Shown here in pieces: positions 8,573 to 16,510 of a stretch of DNA of 32,000 nt. Under the pieces are notes generated by a model, which was not told where the DNA came from, made no database searches, and was given only the letters and a program-made list of their open reading frames with translations. Source of the DNA: an uncultured Nitrososphaerota archaeon (GTDB taxonomy: Archaea; Korarchaeota; Korarchaeia; Korarchaeales; Korarchaeaceae); contig CAYZRF010000012.1 of NCBI GenBank assembly GCA_964480775.1, positions 1 through 32,000 on the forward strand, written 5' to 3'. The position numbers were made by a program, and so were the translations under genes. The stretch's first letter is position 1, and each line of letters begins with the position of its first letter.

Positions 8573-9790
8573 CCCTCCTAACACTTTTCTTGCTATTTTC
8601 TCGAACTCCTCTTGACTCAATGCCCTCTTAAGCTCCATTGACCTTTCTTTTACTAACTCAAGTATCTTCCTTACTTGTTCTTCTGTTGCAGTTAAGCCCA
8701 AGGTTTCTAAACCCCATCTTATCGCAGTACGTCCACTCTTCTTCCCAAACACCATCTTGAACCTGTTGCCCACAAGCTCAGGATCATAAGGCAGCAGACC
8801 ATGCGGCAACCCCTTCTCTCTAAATCTCCTGTGAAGGGCAAGTGGAATTCCTGATTCTACCGCAAATATGTTTTTTCCAACTATAGGTTTGTTTGTGGCC
8901 ACTCTAAAGCCAGATATTTCTTGGACCATTTCTGAAAGCTCACAGAGCTTACTAAGGTCTATTCCGGCATCTACGCCATATAATAACTTAAGAGCCACAA
9001 CCACTTCCTCTAACGGCGAATTTCCAGCCCCTTCCCCCATTCCATTAACTGTCACATGCACAATTTTAGCTCCAGAAGCTATTCCAGCAAGAGAATTAGC
9101 CGTCCCTAAACCTAGATGATTATGACAATGGACTTCCAGGGGAACTGTGCTCCACTCTTTTACTTTTCTCACCAAAAACGAAAAGGCCTGTGGAGAAGCA
9201 ACAGAAAGGGTATCCACGACTATTACTGAATCAGCTCCAGCCTCCAAAGAACTTTCAATAAGCCTCTTGAGAAAAGACATATCCGCCCTTGTGGAGTCAG
9301 CCGCAAATAAGGCAGTATGCAAATCATGATCTTTCGCGTACTCTATCACACTAACTACATCTTCCACCACTTTCTCTCTACTCCAGCCAAAACCTTTCTC
9401 GATGAGTATGTCGCTGCAGATTGTCTCTACACCAACGCTTTCAACGTCGACCGCGAGGCAAAGGTCAATATCATCCTTTCTTGCCCTAGAAAAAGCTCTT
9501 ATGGTTGCTGTTAATCCTAAATTTGATATTTCTTTTATGGCCTCGAAGTCTTCCTTAGAAACAGCTGGCATGCCTGCTTCTATCCACTTCACTCCTACTT
9601 CAGCTAACTTCTCCGCTATTCTAACCTTTTCGTCTTTTTTGAAAACAATTCCTGTTTGTTGTTCTCCGTCTCTAAGGGTTACGTCACAAATCTCTGCCTT
9701 TTTTGGCAAATCCATTTGTGACAGGACTTCTGGAGCAAAATTATACGGACTAACTATCCATTTATCACCAAACCATGGCTCTTTACTCAT
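8564..9790 (-). CDS. HMGL-like / pyruvate carboxyltransferase domain enzyme of the isopropylmalate-homocitrate-citramalate synthase family; substrate not assignable
   Basis: 408 aa. DVTLRDGEQ near the N-terminus and HCHNHLGLGTANSLAGIASGA (the metal-binding H-x-H) are diagnostic of the DRE-TIM LeuA/NifV/CimA family. The C-terminal region is short compared with LeuA. Confidence 0.75.
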   Translation of the reverse strand: MSKEPWFGDKWIVSPYNFAPEVLSQMDLPKKAEICDVTLRDGEQQTGIVFKKDEKVRIAEKLAEVGVKWIEAGMPAVSKEDFEAIKEISNLGLTATIRAFSRARKDDIDLCLAVDVESVGVETICSDILIEKGFGWSREKVVEDVVSVIEYAKDHDLHTALFAADSTRADMSFLKRLIESSLEAGADSVIVVDTLSVASPQAFSFLVRKVKEWSTVPLEVHCHNHLGLGTANSLAGIASGAKIVHVTVNGMGEGAGNSPLEEVVVALKLLYGVDAGIDLSKLCELSEMVQEISGFRVATNKPIVGKNIFAVESGIPLALHRRFREKGLPHGLLPYDPELVGNRFKMVFGKKSGRTAIRWGLETLGLTATEEQVRKILELVKERSMELKRALSQEEFEKIARKVLGGLI

Positions 9791-9819
9791 TTTAAACCCT
9801 TATAGGAGGTGTAAAGAGC

Positions 9820-9833
9820 TTAAAAGCTTTTAA
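9820..9833. promoter_or_regulatory. Perfect 14-bp palindrome TTAAAAGCTTTTAA; candidate shared or bidirectional TATA element of a 65-bp divergent intergenic region
   Basis: The sequence is its own reverse complement. Its centre lies about 36 nt from the minus-strand ATG (9790) and about 30 nt from the plus-strand ATG (9856). Neither gene has a convincing SD, which is consistent with leaderless transcripts. Confidence 0.4.
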
Positions 9834-9855
9834 TTTCTTCTTACTCGATTCCAAA

Positions 9856-11031
9856 ATGGCAGATCTTACGGTTGAATTCTCAGGTATAACCTTTAAAAAT
9901 CCTATTTTGGCCTCTCCTGGGCCTCCTACTAATAATCTTAAGAGGATAAAGAAGTGTGTTGAAAGTGGAATTGGAGGAGTGGTTTTCAAGACAGCAGTCT
10001 CTGACTCACTTAAAATCATGAGAAAATGGCCAAGACCCAGATTTAGGCTACTAAAATGGGATGTTGATGTTCCTTGGAAAATACCTTCATCTTTTGTATT
10101 GTATTCTATAGAACAAGGATATCATGGAAGTATAGAAGCGTACTGCAAAGAACTTAAGGAGATAAAGAGGCAGGTTGATGTTCCAGTTGGAGGAAGCATA
10201 GCATGCGTTTCTAATGAAGAATGGGCCTTAGCAGCTAAAATGGTTGAAGATGCGGGAGCTGACTTCATAGAATTGGATATCTCGTGTCCACACGAGCCAG
10301 AACACGAAGGCAAAATCTCGTTTAAGGATGTTATAAGTGAGGTCGTAAAAGTAGTTTCAGATGCTGTTAACATTCCAGTAGTGCCGAAATTAACTTTTCA
10401 GGTTGAAGACCTAGTATTTATAGCAAAAATTGCCGAAAAAGCAGGAGCAGGCGGGATTACCATAGCAAACAGGATAGCTGGAATAGACATCAATATCAAA
10501 GAGGCAAGACCCATTATGCACGGCTCATATGCTGGAATGGGAGGACCTTGGTCCATTTACTATGGTCTTAGGTGGGTTTCAGAAGTTGCACCCAACGTAA
10601 GCGTTCCAATAAGTGCTACTGGTGGCATAATGAGTCCTGAAGATGTGATCAAATACCTTATGGTTGGAGCAACAAACGTTCAAATTTGCACTTCCATAAT
10701 AGTGGGTGGCTATGATATCATAAACAAACTTGTAAAAGGTCTTGAGGAGTATATGGAAAAAAATGGCTACTCCTTTATCCAGGATCTTATAGGAGCGGCT
10801 CTCCCGAACATAGTGCCCTTAGACAAAATTGAGAGGGAACCCCCAGTAAACGCTGAAGTTGATCCTTCTAAATGCATAGGGTGTGGCTTTTGCGTTGCTA
10901 GATGCCTTTATGAGGCAATTTCTATGTCTGAAGGAAAAGCTTCAGTCGACACAGATAAGTGCGACGGATGTGGTTTGTGCACTGACTTTTGTCCTGTAAA
11001 AGCAATAAAGATGGTCAAAAGGAATAATTAA
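9856..11031 (+). CDS. Dihydropyrimidine/dihydroorotate dehydrogenase-family FMN enzyme with a C-terminal 2x[4Fe-4S] ferredoxin domain (PreA-like), paralog 1
   Basis: 391 aa. The class-1 DHOD/DPD TIM-barrel motifs are GITFKNPILASPGP, ADFIELDISCPH and SATGGI..PEDVIKYLMVGATNVQICT. The C-terminal cluster motifs are CIGCGFCVARC and CDGCGLCTDFCP. Confidence 0.8.
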   Translation: MADLTVEFSGITFKNPILASPGPPTNNLKRIKKCVESGIGGVVFKTAVSDSLKIMRKWPRPRFRLLKWDVDVPWKIPSSFVLYSIEQGYHGSIEAYCKELKEIKRQVDVPVGGSIACVSNEEWALAAKMVEDAGADFIELDISCPHEPEHEGKISFKDVISEVVKVVSDAVNIPVVPKLTFQVEDLVFIAKIAEKAGAGGITIANRIAGIDINIKEARPIMHGSYAGMGGPWSIYYGLRWVSEVAPNVSVPISATGGIMSPEDVIKYLMVGATNVQICTSIIVGGYDIINKLVKGLEEYMEKNGYSFIQDLIGAALPNIVPLDKIEREPPVNAEVDPSKCIGCGFCVARCLYEAISMSEGKASVDTDKCDGCGLCTDFCPVKAIKMVKRNN

Positions 11032-11657
11032 TGGTGATGCATATGAAAATAGTTGATTTAACTTATGAGGTATATCCTGGGATGTTTAAGTTTCCTAAGG
11101 ACTATCATCCGCCTGTAGAGTTCGAAATCACAGGAACTTATGAAAAACACAAGTGCATGGTTCATAGGGTCATAATCGGAACGCACAGTGGTACTCATAT
11201 AGATGCTCCAAGGCATTTTTTCGAAGGTGCTAGAAGCATAGATGAAGTTTCTCTTGACAGACTAATTGTAGGTACTTTAGTGATCAATTTTGTAGGAAAA
11301 AAGAAGATAACTAGAAAAGATCTGATGAAATATGAGGAGAATCTAAAAAATGTGAAAGCAGTACTTCTAAGGACCGACTGGTGGAAGAAATGGGATACTC
11401 AGTATTTCTACAAAGACTTTCCTTTGATGACAGAAGAAGCTGCTACTTGGCTCGTTAAAAAAGGAATAAATGTAATTGCAGTAGATTTCCCTCTCACGAT
11501 AGAAGTTCATAATGTGATATTAGGAAGCGATGGAATCCAGATAGAGAACCTGACAAATCTGGACAAGCTTCCTGACGGCGTCGTTAAATTAATAGCTCTT
11601 CCTTTAAAGCTAAAAGGACTAGAGGCAGCACCAGCAAGAGTTTTAGCAATTGTATAA
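11031..11657 (+). CDS. Cyclase-family metal-dependent hydrolase (kynurenine formamidase / putative cyclase fold)
   Basis: 208 aa. The signature is GTHSGTHIDAPRHFFEG (HxGTHxDxPxH). The start overlaps the stop of the upstream PreA-like gene (TAATGG), which suggests translational coupling. Confidence 0.8.
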   Translation: MVMHMKIVDLTYEVYPGMFKFPKDYHPPVEFEITGTYEKHKCMVHRVIIGTHSGTHIDAPRHFFEGARSIDEVSLDRLIVGTLVINFVGKKKITRKDLMKYEENLKNVKAVLLRTDWWKKWDTQYFYKDFPLMTEEAATWLVKKGINVIAVDFPLTIEVHNVILGSDGIQIENLTNLDKLPDGVVKLIALPLKLKGLEAAPARVLAIV

Positions 11658-11724
11658 AAGGATAATTTGGCAAGACACTGTGCAACTAACTCAATAACAG
11701 CTATCAACGTCTTTGAGAAACGTT

Positions 11725-11777
11725 AGAAAAAAGCTCAAATATAAGAAAAAAAGAGGTAAGGGTAAGTTCTACCCTTA
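11725..11777 (-). terminator. Hairpin plus U-tract terminator at the end of the liv-type operon
   Basis: On the minus strand, a perfect 8-bp stem TAAGGGTA / TACCCTTA with a 5-nt loop spans 11757-11777 and includes the TAA stop of the binding-protein gene. It is followed by CCTCTTTTTTTCTTATATTTGAGCTTTTTT (a T7 run and a T6 run). Confidence 0.55.
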
Positions 11778-13136
11778 TGGAGTAATAGGCTCTTTTAGAG
11801 CGAACTGTTCTGGCCAAACGGCTATCAAGCCCTCTGCAGTTGCATTAAACCACTGACAGACTGGATGTATAACTGCTCTCATGTTGTCTCCTGCGTTAAC
11901 ATGACCCGGTGGGTTAAATTTGGCTCCAAAGCCCACAAACGTTCCTCCGTCCGGTATATCAACATCTAAGAAAGCCTTCTTTATCGTTTCTTTATTTATC
12001 TCTCCATATTGCTCAAGGGCTATCTTGAAGACGCCCTTGATTACGACGTGATAGACTGCGCTGAATGCCTTGGCTCCCCAGCTTGCAGGACGAGTTCCGT
12101 ATTTCTGCTGATAATACTGGTTGAATTTCTCAAGGTCTTGTTGTACCTCTGGGGACAGACTTGAAGTTTTCATCCCATACAATGGGAAGCCCACGACAAA
12201 TACGCCAACAATCTTATCTCCTACAGCCTCTGCTGTTTGCGGAAGCTCATATCCTGCACTGTGACCTATTATGGCTTTGGGCTTAAAACCAAGCTCATAA
12301 GACTGTCTTAGAAATAGCTGTGAATCAGCCGCATAAGAAGTTATTAGCACGACGTCCACATCTAGGCTCTTTAGCTTCGTTATAAGCGGGGATAGATCCG
12401 ATGTTCTGGCCGAATAAGCCTCCCTCGTAACAGGCTCGAGTCCATAGTATTGTAATCTTTCAACATCTCCGTCAGCACAACTGGTACCATAAGAGCTATC
12501 CTCATGAACGACTGCTATCTTAAGATCGTTAACATCCCACCCCATTCTTGGAGCAAGGTATTCTACTAAGAAATCAACAGCGACATATCCGTAATGAAGT
12601 CCCATTGGACCGAATCTAAATACCCACTCGAATCCTCGGTTTAGTGTGAGTTCATTTGGAGCTGCAATGGTCTCGAACATTGGGGTCTTATATCTCTCAC
12701 AAACCTCGCTTATCGCCATTGCAAGAGATCCAGCATAGGATCCTATAACCATGTCAACGCCTTCAACGGTTATCAACCTCTCAGCTTCACTCGTCGCAAC
12801 AGTAGGATTGCTTTGGGAGTCAGCAACAACGATCTCTAATTCAACCCCTGGAAGTAGGCCCTCGTCATTTGCCATTTCAATAGCTGTTTGAACACCTTTG
12901 AGACAATCCTGACCAAAAGGAGCCAAAAATCCTGTGAGAGGATAAATAACACCTATTTTCACTACCTTCTTTTCAGGGGGGGGTGTCGGAGTTGGACTCG
13001 GACTTGGAGTAGGAGTTGGGGCTGGAGTTGGGGTTGGTTTTCGAGTTACGTAAAATGCTCCCACTGCAGCGATAACTATGACCAGGACTAACACGGCGGC
13101 TTGAACCTTAGTTAAAGCCTTCCTTTTTCTAAACAA
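11775..13136 (-). CDS. ABC transporter substrate-binding protein, LivJ/Peripla_BP_6 type, membrane-anchored with a Pro/Thr linker
   Basis: 453 aa with an N-terminal anchor (VQAAVLVLVIVIAAVGAFYV) and the linker PTPTPAPTPTPSPSPTPTPPPE. The type I periplasmic-binding fold begins at KIGVIYPLTGFLAPFG. TTG start with AGGTGA 8 nt upstream. It is the last gene of the livHMGF cluster. Confidence 0.85.
   Translation of the reverse strand: MFRKRKALTKVQAAVLVLVIVIAAVGAFYVTRKPTPTPAPTPTPSPSPTPTPPPEKKVVKIGVIYPLTGFLAPFGQDCLKGVQTAIEMANDEGLLPGVELEIVVADSQSNPTVATSEAERLITVEGVDMVIGSYAGSLAMAISEVCERYKTPMFETIAAPNELTLNRGFEWVFRFGPMGLHYGYVAVDFLVEYLAPRMGWDVNDLKIAVVHEDSSYGTSCADGDVERLQYYGLEPVTREAYSARTSDLSPLITKLKSLDVDVVLITSYAADSQLFLRQSYELGFKPKAIIGHSAGYELPQTAEAVGDKIVGVFVVGFPLYGMKTSSLSPEVQQDLEKFNQYYQQKYGTRPASWGAKAFSAVYHVVIKGVFKIALEQYGEINKETIKKAFLDVDIPDGGTFVGFGAKFNPPGHVNAGDNMRAVIHPVCQWFNATAEGLIAVWPEQFALKEPITP
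12976..13042 (-). repeat. Low-complexity degenerate tandem repeat encoding the Pro/Thr/Ser linker; includes a C8 (plus-strand G8) homopolymer
   Basis: The plus strand reads GGGGGGGG TGTCGGAGTTGGACTCGGACTTGGAGTAGGAGTTGGGGCTGGAGTTGGGGTTGG, with GGAGTT-like hexamers iterated. The G8 run is at 12976-12983. Confidence 0.8.
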
Positions 13137-13215
13137 TTATACTTCACCTTATTTCTTCTAATAGTGGTGGAAGATCTGCTTTGAAAAATAAAAGGTTTCC
13201 TGATGTCTCTTTAAC

Positions 13216-13920
13216 TCACGCGACGTATATTGTCCTTAGTTTATCCATTACTCCTTCTATACTTCCCTCATAGACCATTCTTCCTCTTTCTAATACATAT
13301 ATTCTGTCCACGAACTCGGCTATCTTTGTGATATGTTGCTCAACAACCATTGTAGTAATATTTTCCTCCTTGTTTATTCTCTCTAACACGCTATAAATGT
13401 CATCAATTAATTTTGGAGCCAGACCTTGAGATGGTTCATCCAGCATAAGGAGTTTTGGTCTGGTCATAAGACTTCTACTTATGGCTAGCATTTGCTGTTC
13501 TCCACCGCTAAGAGTACCTGCTTTCTGGTCAACTCGCTCTTTTAACCTTGGAAATAGGCTATAAACAAGTTCAAGAGTATCTTGAACTTGTTTTCTACCT
13601 CTCTCTGTTGTCAACGCTGCCGTCTCAAGGTTTTCATAAACGGTCATTTTTGGAAATATATGTCTTCCCTCCGGAACTAGAGCTATTCCTCTGCGAACTC
13701 TTTCATGAGGGCTAGTATTAGTTATTTCTTTACCTTCAAACAAGATCTTGCCACTTTTCACGTTCGTTAATCCAATTATGGTTTTTAGAAGGGTGCTTTT
13801 ACCAGCCCCATTTGGGCCAAGTATTCCTAGTCGTTCGCCAAGATCCACTTTTCCACTAACTCCCAGTAAAACCATAAAGTCTCCATATCCCGAGAATATT
13901 TCTTCAAGACTGAGAAGCAT
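13216..13920 (-). CDS. livF: Branched-chain amino acid-type ABC transporter ATP-binding protein (LivF-like)
   Basis: Walker A GPNGAGKST, signature LSGGEQQML and Walker B LLMLDEP. The ORF-track start at 13947 is a TTG that overlaps livG. ATG 13920, with GAGGTGGG 4-5 nt upstream, gives the typical MLL... N-terminus. Confidence 0.85.
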   Translation of the reverse strand: MLLSLEEIFSGYGDFMVLLGVSGKVDLGERLGILGPNGAGKSTLLKTIIGLTNVKSGKILFEGKEITNTSPHERVRRGIALVPEGRHIFPKMTVYENLETAALTTERGRKQVQDTLELVYSLFPRLKERVDQKAGTLSGGEQQMLAISRSLMTRPKLLMLDEPSQGLAPKLIDDIYSVLERINKEENITTMVVEQHITKIAEFVDRIYVLERGRMVYEGSIEGVMDKLRTIYVA

Positions 13921-13930
13921 CAAACCCACC

Positions 13931-14656
13931 TCATAGACTTTTTCCAAGATAGATCTCGATTACCAGTTGGTTATTCGCTATTTCTTCAGGTTTACCCTCA
14001 GCTATCTTTTCCCCAGCATCTAAGACCACTATTCTGTCGGCTATCTTCATTACTGCCTTTACTACATGTTCTACAATTATCATGGATATTCCTTTCTCTT
14101 CTCTCAATTTTGATAGGAGTTGCAATATGTCTTCAGTCTCTTGGGGGGTAAGACCAGCCATAACTTCATCTAGTAGCAGCAGCTTGGGCTTAAGAACAAG
14201 AGCTCTTGCGAGTTCGAGCTTTTTCCTATCAGCTATCGTAAGATCTTTTGAAAGGACATCCTTTTTTTCGATTATACCGACACTTTCAAGTGAATGAAGG
14301 GCCTCATTTCTTGCCTTTTCAAGATCTTTCTCGTAAAGAAGTGCTCCCATAACAACATTGCTAAGAGCCGTTAAATCTCCAAATGGCCTCGTCAATTGAA
14401 AGGTCCTTACAATCCCCTCAAGAACTATTTCGTGAGGTGGTTTCTTAGTGATATCCTTGCCTCTGTATATCACTCTCCCCTCCTCTGGTTTTAGAAAGCC
14501 TGTGATAACGTTCAACATGGTTGTCTTACCAGAACCATTTGGTCCTATGAGTCCTAGGATTTCTCCTTTACCTATATTGAATGTGACATTTTTGAGCGCA
14601 TAAAGCCCTCCGAATTTCTTAGTAACATTGATTACTTGAAGTATATCGTCATCCAT
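13931..14656 (-). CDS. livG: Branched-chain amino acid-type ABC transporter ATP-binding protein (LivG-like)
   Basis: Walker A GPNGSGKTT, Walker B LLLLDEVMAGL, and the LivG-type N-terminus (LQVINVTKKFGGLYALKNV). Confidence 0.85.
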   Translation of the reverse strand: MDDDILQVINVTKKFGGLYALKNVTFNIGKGEILGLIGPNGSGKTTMLNVITGFLKPEEGRVIYRGKDITKKPPHEIVLEGIVRTFQLTRPFGDLTALSNVVMGALLYEKDLEKARNEALHSLESVGIIEKKDVLSKDLTIADRKKLELARALVLKPKLLLLDEVMAGLTPQETEDILQLLSKLREEKGISMIIVEHVVKAVMKIADRIVVLDAGEKIAEGKPEEIANNQLVIEIYLGKSL

Positions 14657-14657
14657 G

Positions 14658-15644
14658 TTACCTCACCCTAGTTTTCCCTTTGAATAAGAGCATTGAGAGA
14701 CCCTCTGGAATGAATCTTGCAACTAATATAAGTAGAAGTCCATAAAAAAGAAAAGGAAAGCCTATCATTTCGCCGCCAAAAATAGAACGAGCACTTTCAA
14801 GGGTCGGTATCACTAAGAAGGCTCCAAGGGATGGTCCAAGCCAGCTCGTAGCACCTCCAACCAAGGATGTTGTGGCTATTTGGAATGACATTGGAAGACC
14901 AAACACTGAAGAGGGCTGTATGTAAAGATAGTAACTACAATAAAAGACCCCGCCCCAAGCTGTAAGAGCTGCGCTTAGAAGTAAAGATGTCATCTTCATC
15001 TTGAACACGTTAATTCCGCAGGCTTCTGCTGCTTCTTCATCCATCCTAACAGCGAACAAGTAATGTCCAAATCTGCTTCTTTGAATTTTTCTAGAAAGGA
15101 AAAGCACTAGCAACCACATTACTATAGCCACATAATAATAGGGCACCTTTGAGGTAAACTGGAAGTACAGAGGTGACCCTTTGTATGGAAGCGCTATGCC
15201 TAGCTCTCCTCCAGTTATACGACGTTGACTAATACACAATGCCTCTAAGACTTTCGCTAAAGCTAGAGTGGCAAATAAGAAGTATGGTCCTCGAACTCCT
15301 AATTTAAAACAAGGAAGTCCTATCATGATGGCTAGTATTGTAGCAGCTAAAACGGCTATAACGCCACCGATCCACGGTGTCAGGTCGAAATAATGAAGCA
15401 ATAACCCGGTTGTATAAACTCCGACCCCGAAAAAGGCAGAATGCCCTAATGAAACTTGCCTGGCATAACCTGAGACTAATGACCAAGATGTGCATAGATA
15501 TGCAAAGAGAAAAGTGATGATTAGAACGTGAAGTATGTACGGTGGCGGTTTCAAAAGAGGAACAAATAACATAGATATCGCAATTATTATAATATATAGC
15601 TCTAATTGCCCAGCCATTCCTTTAAAGCCCTTCAGCATATTCAT
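14658..15644 (-). CDS. livM: Branched-chain amino acid-type ABC transporter permease (LivM-like)
   Basis: 328 aa polytopic membrane protein sitting between livH and livG. Its ATG overlaps the livH stop by 4 nt. Confidence 0.8.
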   Translation of the reverse strand: MNMLKGFKGMAGQLELYIIIIAISMLFVPLLKPPPYILHVLIITFLFAYLCTSWSLVSGYARQVSLGHSAFFGVGVYTTGLLLHYFDLTPWIGGVIAVLAATILAIMIGLPCFKLGVRGPYFLFATLALAKVLEALCISQRRITGGELGIALPYKGSPLYFQFTSKVPYYYVAIVMWLLVLFLSRKIQRSRFGHYLFAVRMDEEAAEACGINVFKMKMTSLLLSAALTAWGGVFYCSYYLYIQPSSVFGLPMSFQIATTSLVGGATSWLGPSLGAFLVIPTLESARSIFGGEMIGFPFLFYGLLLILVARFIPEGLSMLLFKGKTRVR

Positions 15645-16504
15645 TCACCCATAATGCCTGATGGTTTAAGCATTAGCATGACTATGAACAGGAGAAAAGC
15701 AATAGCTAAAGCCAGCTCGGCGCTAAAGAAAGTTCCTATCAAGGCCTCTATTAATCCAATCATGAAACTACTAATTACTGCCCCTAAGAAGTTTCCTAGC
15801 CCACCAAGGGTTATTATTATGAAAGCTATGATGCCAAAATCAACCCCAACGTAGGGAAAAACGTAGTAAAGTGGGAGTAGGATACATGCACTTATCCCAG
15901 TAACAGCAAGACCAACTCCAAAGGTAATAGCTCTTATTTTCCTAACATCTATACCAGTTATGGCTGCCCCAAGCGGATCTTGGCTTGTTGCTACAATGAA
16001 CTTGCCTATCTTAGTCTTCTTCAGAAGAAGATACATGCCAAGGGCTGAAAGGTTTGCTATGATCAAAGTTAGCAATCTCCCAGTAGGGATGTGAACACCA
16101 CCAATCACTATTGGCTCCATGATTCTCGGTATCATTACATTTCTGTAATCAGCCGTCCAAAGAATCAGTGCTAAGTTTTGTAGGACGTAAATTACTCCAA
16201 CGAAGGTTATAACCTGACTTTCGTAAGGTAATCTGAGGACTGGCTCTACTACTATTTTTTCAGAAACCCAACCTATTAAGTAAAGAGATAGAGCTACGAT
16301 TGGTATGGAATAGTAAGGAGATATCCCAAGGAGCGAAAAGAGCCAGAAAGCTATGTACATTCCTATCATCATGAACTCTCCTTGAGCATAGTTGACGATT
16401 CTCATGACGCCGTAAATGAGGTTTAGACCAACCGCTATCGTCATATATATTCCGCCTAGCAGAAGACCATTTATCACCACCTGAAGAATGGTTCCAAGTT
16501 CCAT
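15641..16504 (-). CDS. livH: Branched-chain amino acid-type ABC transporter permease (LivH-like)
   Basis: 287 aa polytopic membrane protein with the LivH-like N-terminus (QVVINGLLLGGIYMTIAVGLNLIYGVMRIVNYAQGEFMMIG). AGGTGA lies 6 nt upstream of the ATG. Confidence 0.85.
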   Translation of the reverse strand: MELGTILQVVINGLLLGGIYMTIAVGLNLIYGVMRIVNYAQGEFMMIGMYIAFWLFSLLGISPYYSIPIVALSLYLIGWVSEKIVVEPVLRLPYESQVITFVGVIYVLQNLALILWTADYRNVMIPRIMEPIVIGGVHIPTGRLLTLIIANLSALGMYLLLKKTKIGKFIVATSQDPLGAAITGIDVRKIRAITFGVGLAVTGISACILLPLYYVFPYVGVDFGIIAFIIITLGGLGNFLGAVISSFMIGLIEALIGTFFSAELALAIAFLLFIVMLMLKPSGIMGE

Positions 16505-16510
16505 AGTCTT

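Noticed and set aside
9792-10019. A 75-aa minus-strand ORF across the divergent promoter and the 5' end of the PreA-like gene.
   Set aside because: It is antisense to a well-supported CDS and spans the palindromic TATA region, so it is most likely a chance ORF.
11700-11725. A small hairpin, AACGT-CTTTGAGA-AACGTT, downstream of the cyclase gene as a plus-strand terminator.
   Set aside because: It has only a 5-bp stem and is followed by an A-rich rather than T-rich sequence on the plus strand. The nearby strong hairpin + U-tract belongs to the minus-strand operon.
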